Below, piece after piece: positions 43,191-54,600 of a stretch of 64,000 nt of DNA; the first letter of the stretch is position 1; each line of letters opens with the position of its first letter. Where the stretch lies: assembly GCA_009602725.1 (NCBI GenBank), contig WELB01000003.1:156264-220263 (forward strand), in the 5' to 3' direction. This DNA is from Spirogloea muscicola. Taxonomy: Eukaryota. A program made the translations under genes and the position numbers. The notes under the pieces are model-generated. The model searched no databases. It had not been told where the DNA came from and saw only the letters and a program-made list of their open reading frames with translations.

Positions 43191-46100
43191 CTATAAATTC
43201 TTGCAACAGCGAAACTTGGCAAAGACATAAGGGTACTGCTTCTGAAAGTAGTTGCGGAAGGAATCTCGGTGAAGTGATGAGTGTGTGGCTGGCGACGACC
43301 CCTTGAGAACATAGTGCTGACCATCAAAGAAATCAGTGGAGTACTCCGGGTACTCCGGCATAGCCTCAAAGCCAGGGTAGTTGTCAAATAGCGAGGAGGT
43401 CCACTCCCAGCCGCCGGAACGCAGTGCCTCGACGCGCTCACCAGCGTCGCTGTCCAGGATCCGGTGCCACTCTGGCTCCGTCATCACGCGACATCCTTTC
43501 GAGGTGCAGAAGGCCATGGCTTCGGACAGGCTAACAAACGCCGGCGCATTTGCAACCTCGCTCCAGTGGCGCGTCCCTTGCGGGCCATGCACGTAGCACT
43601 CGCCAGCGACAAGCGACCATGTGCCAGGGCACTGAACCCCCTGCTTCTGTAAGAAGCTGAAGTCGTCCGCGTTCCACCACCGTGCCTGCGAATAGCCCTT
43701 GTCCTCGACTACGAACTTGCGGAACTGAGCAACGGTCACAGGCAAGGGTGATACCAGAAATGGGTATGCAACTGATTGCAGCCGCGGAGGGCTCTCGTTG
43801 TCCCAGAAGAACCCACCAGTCTTGCGGTCGATTCCCAGCACGACCTTTCCCGCAGGAATGAGCACGCTAGGCGACATCCACGGCCACGCATTGACTTTGA
43901 GGTCGGGCTGCTTCTTGCCCAGCAGCCCACAGCGTACATGGGAGCTCTGGAAAAGCGCCTTCTCGGCCTGGGCCTGCATGTACGCCAGAGTCTCCAGGTG
44001 CATCCGCTCATGCTCGAGGGCCAGGTTTATGGAGAACATGGAAGCCTGCATTTGTAATTCACAAAACCAATCTCTGTGAGGAATGGTCTTGCCTTGCCAC
44101 AACGCCGGACCTCTTTGGAGATCACACACAGGCTGCTTCACATTTAATACGGACTACATAAATTTGGTCAAGAATTGTGAGAGCAAGCTTCAATGCCAAA
44201 CAATAAGTACCTTCTGGTTGAGGACAGCTTCTAGAATGAGCTTGCGATTGCGTTCCACGTAGGCTAGGATCTTGCACTTGGCAGGCCACTGCTTGGGAAC
44301 TTCCGGGTGGCTGTGGCACTTTTCAGGCTCCAGGAGGCTGGGGTCAATGCCTCGCGAGAACATGTGATCATCAGCAGACACTGGATGGTCTGGTAAAATC
44401 TTCAGCTTGGCGAACGCGCTCACATGTCCGCTGCTCACACGCAGGTGAAGGGATTGATGGCACACTGTCACGAGCTTGAAGGTGCACAGGTGTGATGTAT
44501 AGAGCACCGGGCCCACAAATATATGTAGCTGGTCACTCACGGTTGTGTGCATGTGTCAATGGATGCATTGCCCATTTGCACGTTAGGTGTCATCACCAAC
44601 TTATACAAGCTCAGTTTGCTCATTGGGTGTGATCACCAACATGCTCAATCCAGCTGCTCGGTACCAGGAATACTCTCGACTTTGTGCACTCAGTCATATG
44701 AACACGTGCTCCAATTGTTTTCCACAGTGTGCTAATCAGTGGTGGTGGATCAGGAGGTCTCACTAGTAAAAGCAGAACGGATGGCGGACGTCAATGGGCT
44801 TCTCATTCCAGTCCAGAGTGGCAAAGCAGTTGTCGGTGTCATCCCAACAGCTCTGCAGAGCACGTTCAACTGGCAGCAGCATCTGCAGCGAATCAGTCAT
44901 CGTAAGCAATCTTGCCGCAGGCTGCTGCGCTGAGACAACACAAGGTGGCAAGAAGTACTTCAACTGAAAGAAGAACAACGTTCAACCACAACTCTCAAAA
45001 TTGGTCTGGCGAATTGGCACGTGACTGCAGACAACAGGACATACTCCAGAGTTCTTGGTCAGACCTGCATCCCGTACTGCTTGGTGCGCCACGCTGCATC
45101 AATGACAAAGCGTGACTTGCTAGCCAGCCCCTGCAGATCCGCAACAGAGAACTTGCGGGACACTTCCACCAAGATTTGCTCACCAGCACTGCACATCAAG
45201 CTCGGTACCATGGTGCACGGGATTGAGCATGCCATCAAAACAGCATGCTTATGTGCAAGTAGCAGCAGCTTTGTCCCACCGGTGACGCAATCCTGGACAT
45301 CTCAGCAATGAGGCCTGCCTGTTCCAAAGCCTTACCTGATGCTGATGCCGCCGCTGCTGCAGAGGTCCAGGCCATCCAAGAAGCGGACATACATCTCCAC
45401 CCTGTGCAGGTCCTCATTGACCTCCACCTCATATTGCCACTTGCTCTCGTCGTCCACAGTCAAGCCCGGCACGAAGCACTTGAGGGCATTCCGCGTGCCA
45501 TTCTTGATGAACGCCTCAGTCACACCCTTCTTGTCATGGTACGCAGCACGCAGTATTGCCTTGCTCTTCCACATGTCTGTTTACACCATAGATTGTGATG
45601 GATGCCACAATCACAGAGTCAATCTCAGGTTCACAAGTAGAAGGCAAAGGAGAAGTCCGTGGCAAAACCCTCTATTTGCACGGAGCACAGCTCACAGCTT
45701 AGTGCCCTGTAAGGGTAAACAAGTCCACCAAAGGCGTATACAGATCGGTGTCTCAATCAGAGGAACTCTGGGTAAGGTAAACGCACCTGCGCAGAGGAGG
45801 ACTTGCATGTTGGAGCCCCCTGCCGCATGGGCATCTTTGAAGAACTCTATTGCCTCACTGGCTGCAGCAAGAGGAGGTGGAACTGGACTGTCAGGCTTTT
45901 CATCCTTTGCGATGGCTAACAACAGCAATGTAGATGTATGTAGTGTACACAGACCTGCTCAAAATCACGACCTCTGCTACAGCAGCTGTCAAGGTGAATA
46001 GAGAGTGCTTGTGACAGACCAGAGACAACTGCCACTGTCCTTGAAGAATCATCAGATGTGAGGAGTGACAGCAGAATTGACAGTGCGCCACTGCAAACAC

Positions 46101-46915
46101 TGGGCACCTGCCAAGTTCCCCACGCTGGACCCCAGCCACAGGATGCACAACGTGTCCATAGGAAATAGCGCCCTGACTTGGCGGAGGCCCTCCATGTAAT
46201 CAGCTTGCACGAGCGTGATGCTGTCAGCTGTCAAGCCTGGGACTGCCTTCATCAGATTCAATTTGGCCTCCTCCAAAAAGCTGGCTGAGACATCAATGCC
46301 GGCAAAGTGGCACCTGCATATCAGCAGAACAAACGCTTGAGATACTGGGTTGGGCTTAAGCTATGACGTGCAGGTACAGTCTCTTAGTACCAGGAGGCCA
46401 GTAGCAGAAGCTCTGTTGTTGCATGCCCTTCCTCTACACAGCTACGATTGACCAAGCTCGGAGACTTGTCAAGCTTGCACCTGGTCAAGAAAGTCTATGA
46501 GAGACTAGCACCGACGAAGTCCACAGAACTGTTATCACATGCCCTGGTGCTTAATTCCCTGCTTTGCCAGTTTAAAGGTCCCTCTCTTGCTTCTGGTAGA
46601 GTGCACAGCAGTTCCAAGATCATCACCAACTCACATGCCGTCCCGCTTGATGAGGGCATTGAGCAGGAGAGCCGTCTTCCTGGCAGTGCCGCAACCGAGC
46701 TCCACAGTGATGGAGCCAGGCGCAATCCTCTTGACGATATCGCTGGCATGGCGCTTGAGTAGGCCCTCCTCGGCTCGAAAGGGGTAGTACTCCTCCAGCT
46801 CCGTGATGCGCTCGTACAGCTCCGAGCCCTTCTTGTCATACAGGAAGCTGCAAGGGATCTCCTTGACTGGCTTCCGGAGGCCGGCCAGGAGGCCGTCGGG
46901 CGAGTACGTCGGCAT
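43191..46915 (-). CDS. EGT1: Egt1-type ergothioneine biosynthesis fusion: N-terminal EgtD histidine N-alpha-methyltransferase plus C-terminal EgtB sulfoxide synthase (DinB + FGE-sulfatase); 8 exons
   Basis: EgtD motifs: FLYDKKGSELYERITELEEYYP, VELGCGTARKT, LWLGSSVGNL, AAYHDKKGVTEAF, RVEMY, VEVSRKF. EgtB motifs: KPIDVRHPFCFYYGH, FSRGIDP...CHSH...WP, EHERMHLETLAYM, WDNESP, GWEWTSS, YPEYSTDFFDGQHYVLKG, SFRNYFQ. Confidence 0.93.
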
Positions 46916-47076
46916 GGTGCGCACTCTCTCGTGTGCCGCTCGAAGGCGGGAAGCGCCGCAAAGGCGAACGGCAAAGGACTGCCTTGTGGCGTCCCGCAAG
47001 TTTCACCGAGGGAGTGGCGCGTAGGGGCGGACGCCGAAAGGTCCGGGGGAGTGGGGGGCGGCGGCCAATGGCGGGT

Positions 47077-47187
47077 TCAGCCCGCAAGGGCGCACAAGGG
47101 GGCGATGGTGTTGCGCTTGCAGAGCACGGACAGCACCCAGCAGAAGTTGTGGATGCAGGAGAAGCAGGCGGTGCGAGATGCAGCCAT
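47077..47187 (-). CDS. Candidate peptide uORF of EGT1: MAASRTACFSCIHNFCWVLSVLCKRNTIAPLCALAG (36 aa)
   Basis: ATG to TGA ORF; 32 of 36 codons end in G/C, including 29 in a row. Out of frame with, and 161 nt upstream of, the EGT1 ATG; no other ATG in between. Confidence 0.65.
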   Translation of the reverse strand: MAASRTACFSCIHNFCWVLSVLCKRNTIAPLCALAG

Positions 47188-47482
47188 GGGCGGGGCCTGC
47201 GCGAGAGCCGGCCGGGGGGAGGTGGGGGATAGTCGGTCGCGCGGCTGGCGGAGGCGGCTGGCGCGCGCCGGCGGGCTGGCAGGCGGCGGCAGGCGCGAGG
47301 CCGCAGCTGCGCGCGCGCAACTGCGGCCGCGAGCGGCTGAGCTGAGGCCGGAACGAGGCAAAAGGGGGGGGGGGGCTTCGGGGGGTACTCGCCAAGCCCC
47401 CAAGTGACGATGACGGGATGCGCCGGCCGAGCCGCCGGGCGGGCGGGGGCGCGCGCCTTCCCCTCCTCGGCCCGGATCAGAC

Positions 47483-47630
47483 GCCACGTCGCCTGCGCGC
47501 CAAGCCCACCTGGCTCCGCGTGGGCGCACCCTGGCCCGAAGCTCGGCGCCACGCCGGTCCGGTGGCTGCCACGTAGGTAACACGTGGCGTGTAGGAGCCG
47601 GGGCCCCGGCCCCCCTGGCGGCTGACGTCA
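47483..47630. promoter_or_regulatory. ABRE/G-box/C-box cluster upstream of EGT1
   Basis: GCCACGTC 47483, GCCACGTA 47568, CACGTGGC 47581, TGACGTCA 47623. Confidence 0.5.
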
Positions 47631-47879
47631 GGGGCAGCAGCTTCGCAGGAAACGCGGGGGCCGCGACCCGGCGCGTCATTGTCGCCGCGTGTCGGGTTGC
47701 GGGTGCGACGGGTGGCGCGAGGCTCGAGCACCCGCCGCGGGCGTCAGCGGAAGGTGACGCCGGGGCCTGACGGCAGCGGCCGCGGCGGGGCGCCTGGGGC
47801 TCTGCGGGGCGTCTGGGGCTCCGGCCGCCGCCTCTGGGTCTCGGCGGAGTGCCTCATTCCCTGCAGCGAGCTACTCAGA

Positions 47880-48050
47880 CCTGATGTTGCTCACTCGTGG
47901 GTACTGAGCTTCCCTCTGCATCGTCTCTGTGTTCTGCAGTGTTTTGTAGTGTAGTCCTTTCTCTCTTTCTCCGGCTCGTCTTTCTTTGGCTTTGGACATT
48001 GTCCATTCCGTTTTGGGCTGGCTTTGCTCTATGAGCGCGCACTTCTTCTC
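47880..48050 (+). repeat. Repeat module B
   Basis: CCTGATGTTGCTCACTCGTGGGTACTGAGCTT... closely matches 39362-39530. Partial inverted copy at about 50511-50530. Confidence 0.85.
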
Positions 48051-48105
48051 TGTGCGCGGCGCGGGGCCGGGGCTCGACTTGCTCTCCTGACCCCTCGCTG
48101 CTGGA

Positions 48106-49760
48106 CAGAAGAAAGCCAAGCGCGGCCTTGGCTTTCTGGTGGCTGGGAGAGGCCAGCCCAAAAGAGTGGACAAGGTCTGAAGGAGCCGGAGTGGCAAGGA
48201 CTGAGACAGCAGTAAGCGAACTCTTAGTAACCTCTAGTCAGTAGATGCAAATCTGAATAGCTAGCAGGCGGAAAGACGTCGCCCTGAGCGCGGAGAGCCA
48301 GGCTGCCGCACCAGGGGAGGAGGCCGACCGCAGCCGAGCATGGCCACGCACGTCTGTTAGAGGGAGGAGCTGGGAAAGAGAGGAAAGGAGAGACTGGCTC
48401 TCCCTGAAGGGGGCGAGGGCTGTGAACAGCCAGCCCGACAGGAATTGACAAGGTCCGAAGGGGCCAAAACAGCGCTGAACGACATCAATAAGCAAGGACC
48501 ATATGTATTAATCACTTAGAAATCTATAGTTCTTTCTCTCTAGTTAGTAGCCGCAAAGCTGGGAAGCTGGACAGGCTGCGCAGGAGGCGCCCGGAGCACT
48601 TGGGCAGGCCGCGCCTTAGCTGCTACTTCTGAATCTTGTCGGGGTCTCCTTTCCAGCTGCAAGTCACTCCGACTTGCGGCTGTACTACGCTTCCATCTGC
48701 TGTAGTCTTTTGCATAGCTGGGTGGTTTTGGCGCCTTTTGGCCCTTGGGACCTTGTTCTACTTTCTGGGCTGACGTTTCACAGTCCCCGCCCCTTTTGTG
48801 AAAAGCTCATGTTCTGCCCGAGGCCACTCGCCCCAATTAGAGAGGCTGGGAACCAAGCTCCCATTTGCTGTAGCCACTGGCCTAGCTGTGTGGTTTTAGC
48901 GCCAACCAGCCTTTGGACCTAGTCCATCCTTTCCTGGGCTGGCCTTTCACAGCCACTTCTCTTTTCTTTCACAACCCTCGCCCTTTGGAACAGCCCCGTA
49001 TCGAAGACGAGAGACTCTTCCATAAGAGGGTGATGGCTGGATTGGCCAGCCCAGAATAAGGAAAGACGAAGTTCGAAGGGGCCAAAAAGCGCTAAAGCAC
49101 ACTGCGACTCAAAGTGGCCACTAGTTGGTGAAGAGAAAATAACAGGTTGGCTGGAACAACGAGGAGCAGATCTTCCGAAATGGCGAGAGCTGTGAGAAGC
49201 CGGAGGTTAAAAGGCCAGAGAGAGATTTCTGTAGGGGGCGATAGCTGTGAAAGAGACACGCTCATCCAAAGGGGGAAGGGCTGTGAAAGGAGAGTGGCTC
49301 TTCCAAATGGGGCGAGGGCTGTGAATAGTCAACTGGAAAAGAAGTGACAAGGTCCGATAAGCGGCCGATAAGCGCTTTTCCAAAGCATGCCCTGTAGGAT
49401 AGACACTTAGTAATCTCTAGTCAAGGGGATGAAGACCCTTCCCAGTAGAGGGCTATGGCTGTGAGAGGCCTGCGCAGAAAAAGAATCAAAAACTGTAATT
49501 AGGAGCCGCAAGTGAAAGCCAGCCGATAGAGAATAGACAGCATGGAACGGGACGAAGGCCCAACCATCTCACACAGCTGGTGGCATCTGCGGATAAGCCA
49601 ACCCGGACCAACAGTCGTGGCAGCGCGCCGGCTTGAGGTTACTGAGAGTCCGCTTGCTGCTGTCTCAGTCCTTAGCACTCCGGCTCCTTCAGACCTTGTC
49701 CATTCCTTTGGGCTGGCCTCTCCCAGCCACCAGTTAATCTAGCCGCGCTTGCTTCTTCTG
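48106..49760. mobile_element. Foldback/MULE-like non-autonomous structure: ~1.65 kb bounded by ~130-bp inverted R1 copies and filled with ~55-bp modules
   Basis: 48106-48235 is approximately the reverse complement of 49636-49760. Internal GGGGCGAGGGCTGTGAA / GACCTTGTC modules occur in both orientations. No transposase ORF and no clear TSD. Confidence 0.5.
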
Positions 49761-51633
49761 CCGGCTTGCAAGACTAGAGCCGGTTCATGTCGCGGCCCAC
49801 CCTGATCCACAGCCTTACTGGCGAGCGGGGATTCAGCCTGCCCACGATGCTGTGGAGGAAAGAATGTGCCTCTCCCAAAGGAAAAGATCGTGTATTTGAA
49901 ACGAACGAAGGCCAAATGGCCAAGTACAAGGGGGCGAGGGCTGTGAACAGCCAGCCCGAAAAGTGTTAAGGTCCGAAGGGTGAGGGAATGGAGGGAGTGG
50001 AAGGAGGAGGGAGGGCGGTGCGCATGAAAAGAGGGGAAGGCCAACTCAAGCTGATCTGCTGATCAGGCAAAGCCTAATTAACGGAGTGGGCCGACACAAA
50101 GCGAAACCCCATGCTCGCTTCCATACCCTACTTTGAGGATATTGCAAGTCTGGGATATGCTCGACGTGAGGATATCCTTCCAGCCCAAATGGCCATGCCG
50201 GCAGCCTACTTGTCGTCTTTGCAACGTCGAGTCTCAGTGTGTCTGCAGAGAGCTTAGGCTCATGCGTCGCATCAGAAAGCTGGTCGAGCCTTAGCTGGTG
50301 GCACAAGAGCGTGTCGATTGCCGTCCGGTATGCGACCTCTATGTGTGACTTGTCGTTACTGAGCGGGTCAGCTTAGCAGCAGGTTATGTATATCTGTCAA
50401 TGTGCTTGCCTTCGTACTTGGCTACACAGGCCCTCCATCACTTGTAATACACACATTTCTATGCCGGGAGGTGCTAAGGTAACAGAGCGAAAGCTGGCCG
50501 AATGGGTACTTCAGTACCCACGAGTGAGCACAATAGATCCGACACGCTCATTTGGGGAGCCGGAGCACCACCACGGAAGCCAGTGAACTGGCTTGGTATG
50601 CATCCAGCACGCTGATGTGTGGTCAAAGAAGCAGAACGAAAGAAACAGCATGGTGTGCACGAAGTGAAAGGGAGGCCGCACCGAGCCCATGCACTAGTCA
50701 TACGAAAGGGTGAAGGCTGGAGCTCGTGGCGGGGCTTCCGCCTCCGCTTTACCCCTGGATGGCTTTCACAGCTGCTCTTTCAAAATCAGCAGCCGCATTC
50801 TTTACCCCCCCCCACATGCTGGCGCCTTCTGCGCCCTTGGGGCCGCTCTTTCCTTGCTGTTAGTCCGTTTGGGTGCTGAGTAGCACAGAATACCCTTTTG
50901 CTCAATACGGAAGGACGCCTTTTATCTGATGAAACTCGTCTAATTGGTTGTGCTCGCCCAACTATGTCTCTTCTTGTGGCCTGTGTCCACCACCCGTGCC
51001 CTTTGCATGAGGTCAGCTTTGCCTCCCTTTCTATCGTGCACAGCACCTTATGTGCCCTTGAGCACAGTTCCTTGTCCCCATTGTCCTGGCCATGCACAGC
51101 CTCTACTTCTTAAAGTCTATTACTCTTTCGTTGGGCTGCTCTCTCTCAGCCCCTTTTAGAAGAGTACTCTTTCCTCCTCTGGAGACCCATTTACCCCACG
51201 GCTACTTGTACGCGCTCCCAAGAGTTGCTAGTGGTAGCGTGCAACAAGCTCATAAGGTGACCTTCTTCTGCAGAGCCCAAGATGAGCTGACGCTCAGGAT
51301 GAGAAACTCCCATTCACTCATGACAAGGCTATGAAACTTTTGCAAAACATCGTTGCAGCCCCCCAGCCTGTTCAAGGAATACGGAGGCCCACGGTCTGCC
51401 TCCTTTGCTGCACAGGACTTTGCAAAGCTGCTGCTCTGGAGCCCTGATCAACTGTGAAATTAGCAGCAAATGAGCTGTTGATCCTGTCTGTCGAGAACTG
51501 TCATAAGGCAATGAGCTGCCTCAACCTGAAGAAGAGGAAAGGCCTTTCCCTTGCAGAGTAGCCATCACTAGCTATGCACAAGTCTCGCTTGCTAAAACAA
51601 TGGAGAACAATGAGAAGGTCTAAAGGATTGCAA

Positions 51634-54600
51634 TCACGTATTAACAAAACTCAACAAGAAGCTGCTGACTACACGACGTACAAAGGGGTATGGAATGCGT
51701 CGGCAGACACGGCCGTCCAAGTATGCTAGTGAGCTTGAGAAGAAGAGATGAATGAGAGCTGGCCTCAGCCCTCGCCACTTGCCACTCTTCTCCTTTCCTC
51801 TCTTCTCCACGTTTCTTGACTTAGCTTGTTCCTCGTCTTCTTCATTCTTCAGTGAAGGCTTGTCATCAAAGCCTAGCTGTTTCTTTGCCTTCCTTGGCAG
51901 CAGGTTTAAGGCTCGCCTTCGCATGGATCGCACCACAATGATGACTGCCAGCTGCTCACAGAGGGCTCTCATAGCAGGCCACATTTGTTTATCCTGCACT
52001 CATTCATTGAAGATGTTTTATGTCTAGGATGACAACGCAGAGATGGGAGATTTGAGGAGGTATTGGACACTACTTCCGACCTGCGGTGCAAAATAGGACT
52101 GGATGGAGGAGTGTTTAGCTGGGCCGCATGACGTAAAGAAGCACAGCATGTGACTGCTGGTTACACTCTACCAGCTTGCCCAGCTGCTTGCTGTTCACCT
52201 GCTCCCCATGCAGCCTCCTGAGTGATAGCGCAGCAGCTTGCGAAGGCTCTCCGGTAAGAAGGCCCTCGCCGACCAGAAAGTGCCGCACGGAAGCAACAAT
52301 TTCATCCTTCAGAGTACTATTAGGCGGCAAATTCTTCACCACGACCTGCAAACAGGCACAGCTTATGGGTTGAGCATTGAGAAATGTGTGCTCCACCCCC
52401 CCTCCAAATCTGCTGGACTGCCACTGACCATCCTTGCTTCTCAGAGTAGCAATAAAAAGGGGAAAAATGGCTGTGATCTTGTACAGGCTAACTGACCCTT
52501 ACAGTGCAATAGCGCTTGAGAGCTGACATGGCTAAGGCATCATGACTGGCACAAGACCTGGTCGTTGTCAAACTTGACCCGTAAGTATTCTTGCTTGAAG
52601 AGTGCATCAAGCGTTGCCTGAAGGTAGCCCTCCAAGTAGACCTGCATAAGAGCTTATTTGTGACATTCTGTTGTATACAGCATGCGCAAGGCTTGCAATA
52701 GCCCCATGTGGACCTTCAGAGTCCTCATTTATTCAAGGACACTATCATCTTCACTTCCACTCATTTCCTGCTTCATACGAGACTGTCTGGCGATACGTGG
52801 GCACTACATCTCAGACGATCTCCTACACTTCCTCCAAACCTCTCTGATCATGCATTCAGCGCAATCTCAGCAAACTTGATAGTGCGCCAACTATTGCTAC
52901 AATGCATGAGGTGTCAGCACATTCTGAGACATATACCTCTTCAGTACCCACTGACCGATCTAGCTGAATGCGACATGTGCCATGGGCCCCCCCTCGCACT
53001 GCGGTCCTCAGCATGTCTGGTTTGAGAGCTATGTTGAGGATTCCCCTTCTGAAGCCCCGTAGCTGTTGACAGTCAAAGTTTATGAGCAAAGATGATTGTC
53101 TTATCAGTAAACAACTCGCACATTGCACTACAGCTGTCAAATATACATGCAACGTGTGCTGTGCAAGATCAACTTCAGGACGGAAGTGTGCATGACCATA
53201 CCAGTCCATCAACTCCAGCAGCTTCAGCACCTCTGAGTACAGAGTCAGAGACTTCCGTGACAACAGCATAAGCCAGGTTAGAACCTGCCTCCTTTACCTG
53301 TCAAATAGGATGCCTGTGTGAACAAGGCTGACAGAACAAGCTGCTATATCCAAGGTAAGAGTGATATTAGGTTCCAGGAGATTGACATCAGCAGTAACTC
53401 TTGAAACCGTGATCAAACGTTGTGCAAGCTTCGCCCTTTCACCTGCACCGCACACCTCTTCTCCACATTACACAGTGGACTGTATTCATCACTTCCGTGT
53501 CTATACGATATGCAACCTCATTACCTTATTCTCAAAATCGCCCAGATATCGGGTGGTCCCATATTTGCCTTTACGACCTATGCCCTGCCGTAATAAGTTG
53601 AAAGCTCCTGCAACTCTACCGAAATGCGTGTCAGATTGATACGAACTCCTCAGCAGACAAGCATGTCAGTAGAGTCCGTGGCTGGTAACTTTTGCATGAA
53701 GTGTGACTTGGTGATTCGGTAGCAAGGGCTGACTCAGGTCAAGTTCTCTTTGAGTCTTCAGCCTGCGATTTATTGTTGACCTGCATGGCACTCTTGTGCA
53801 TGATGCATTTCTTCCTTGAGTAACAGATTGCAGAACCAACCTAGAGTAATATTCTTTGCAGAAGATAAGTTGGCTGGATCAAAGAAGGCATCAATTGAGG
53901 AGGCCGCTGAGTCGTCAAACAGAGAAGCAAACGCAGGCGGCAGCAACTCGCTACCCCGTGCCAAGTAAACAGCCCGCATCCCATACCTGTTGCACACAGC
54001 ATAAACAACAGATTGTCCCCAGAGTGAATGCATAAGATACTCCATGGGACATTATCATGCTCTTTACATCCCTCCATTGCCTTAGTCCATGTTGACCACA
54101 ACTCTCGTGCCAGGCTATCTCTTCAAAAACCTCATCAGAAAACCAGAGTTGCCACTTACCAAGAGTAATGCTGGGCAAACTTGACTGCTAGCTGCGTATA
54201 TGTCAACAATGCATGCTGCAACGATATCCCATTCAGTTCAATGACACGGCCCTTCACAGCAGGCACCTGCAGAGGAAATGTGCGTACATCAGGGACTAGT
54301 CTGCTTCTGTAATGATCACCTTAGCTGATACATGAGCGTGAAGCTTATATCACTTGTCTAAGAATGGAGGACAAGAACCACGCATGCAGGCTCCAACCCT
54401 GCTGTGTGGACTGAAATCTCGATGTGCAGAGAAGCGGATCAACTAGCTAGACCGAGGGTCAAACTTCCTCGTAATCTGCTCTTAGAAAGCCTGAGGATTA
54501 CCTTTATAATGGATTGAAGCAGCGCTCGAACAGTCTCCTGAGCCGATGTCAGGTCTGCCCTGGGGCTTCCAGGCTCAAAGCTTGCTACAATCTGCCTCAT

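Noticed and set aside
43191..46915. Ovothiol (OvoA) or selenoneine (SenA) interpretation
   Set aside because: OvoA has a C-terminal methyltransferase, whereas here an EgtD-type domain is N-terminal with Egt1-like RGIDP. No SenB/SenC is nearby.
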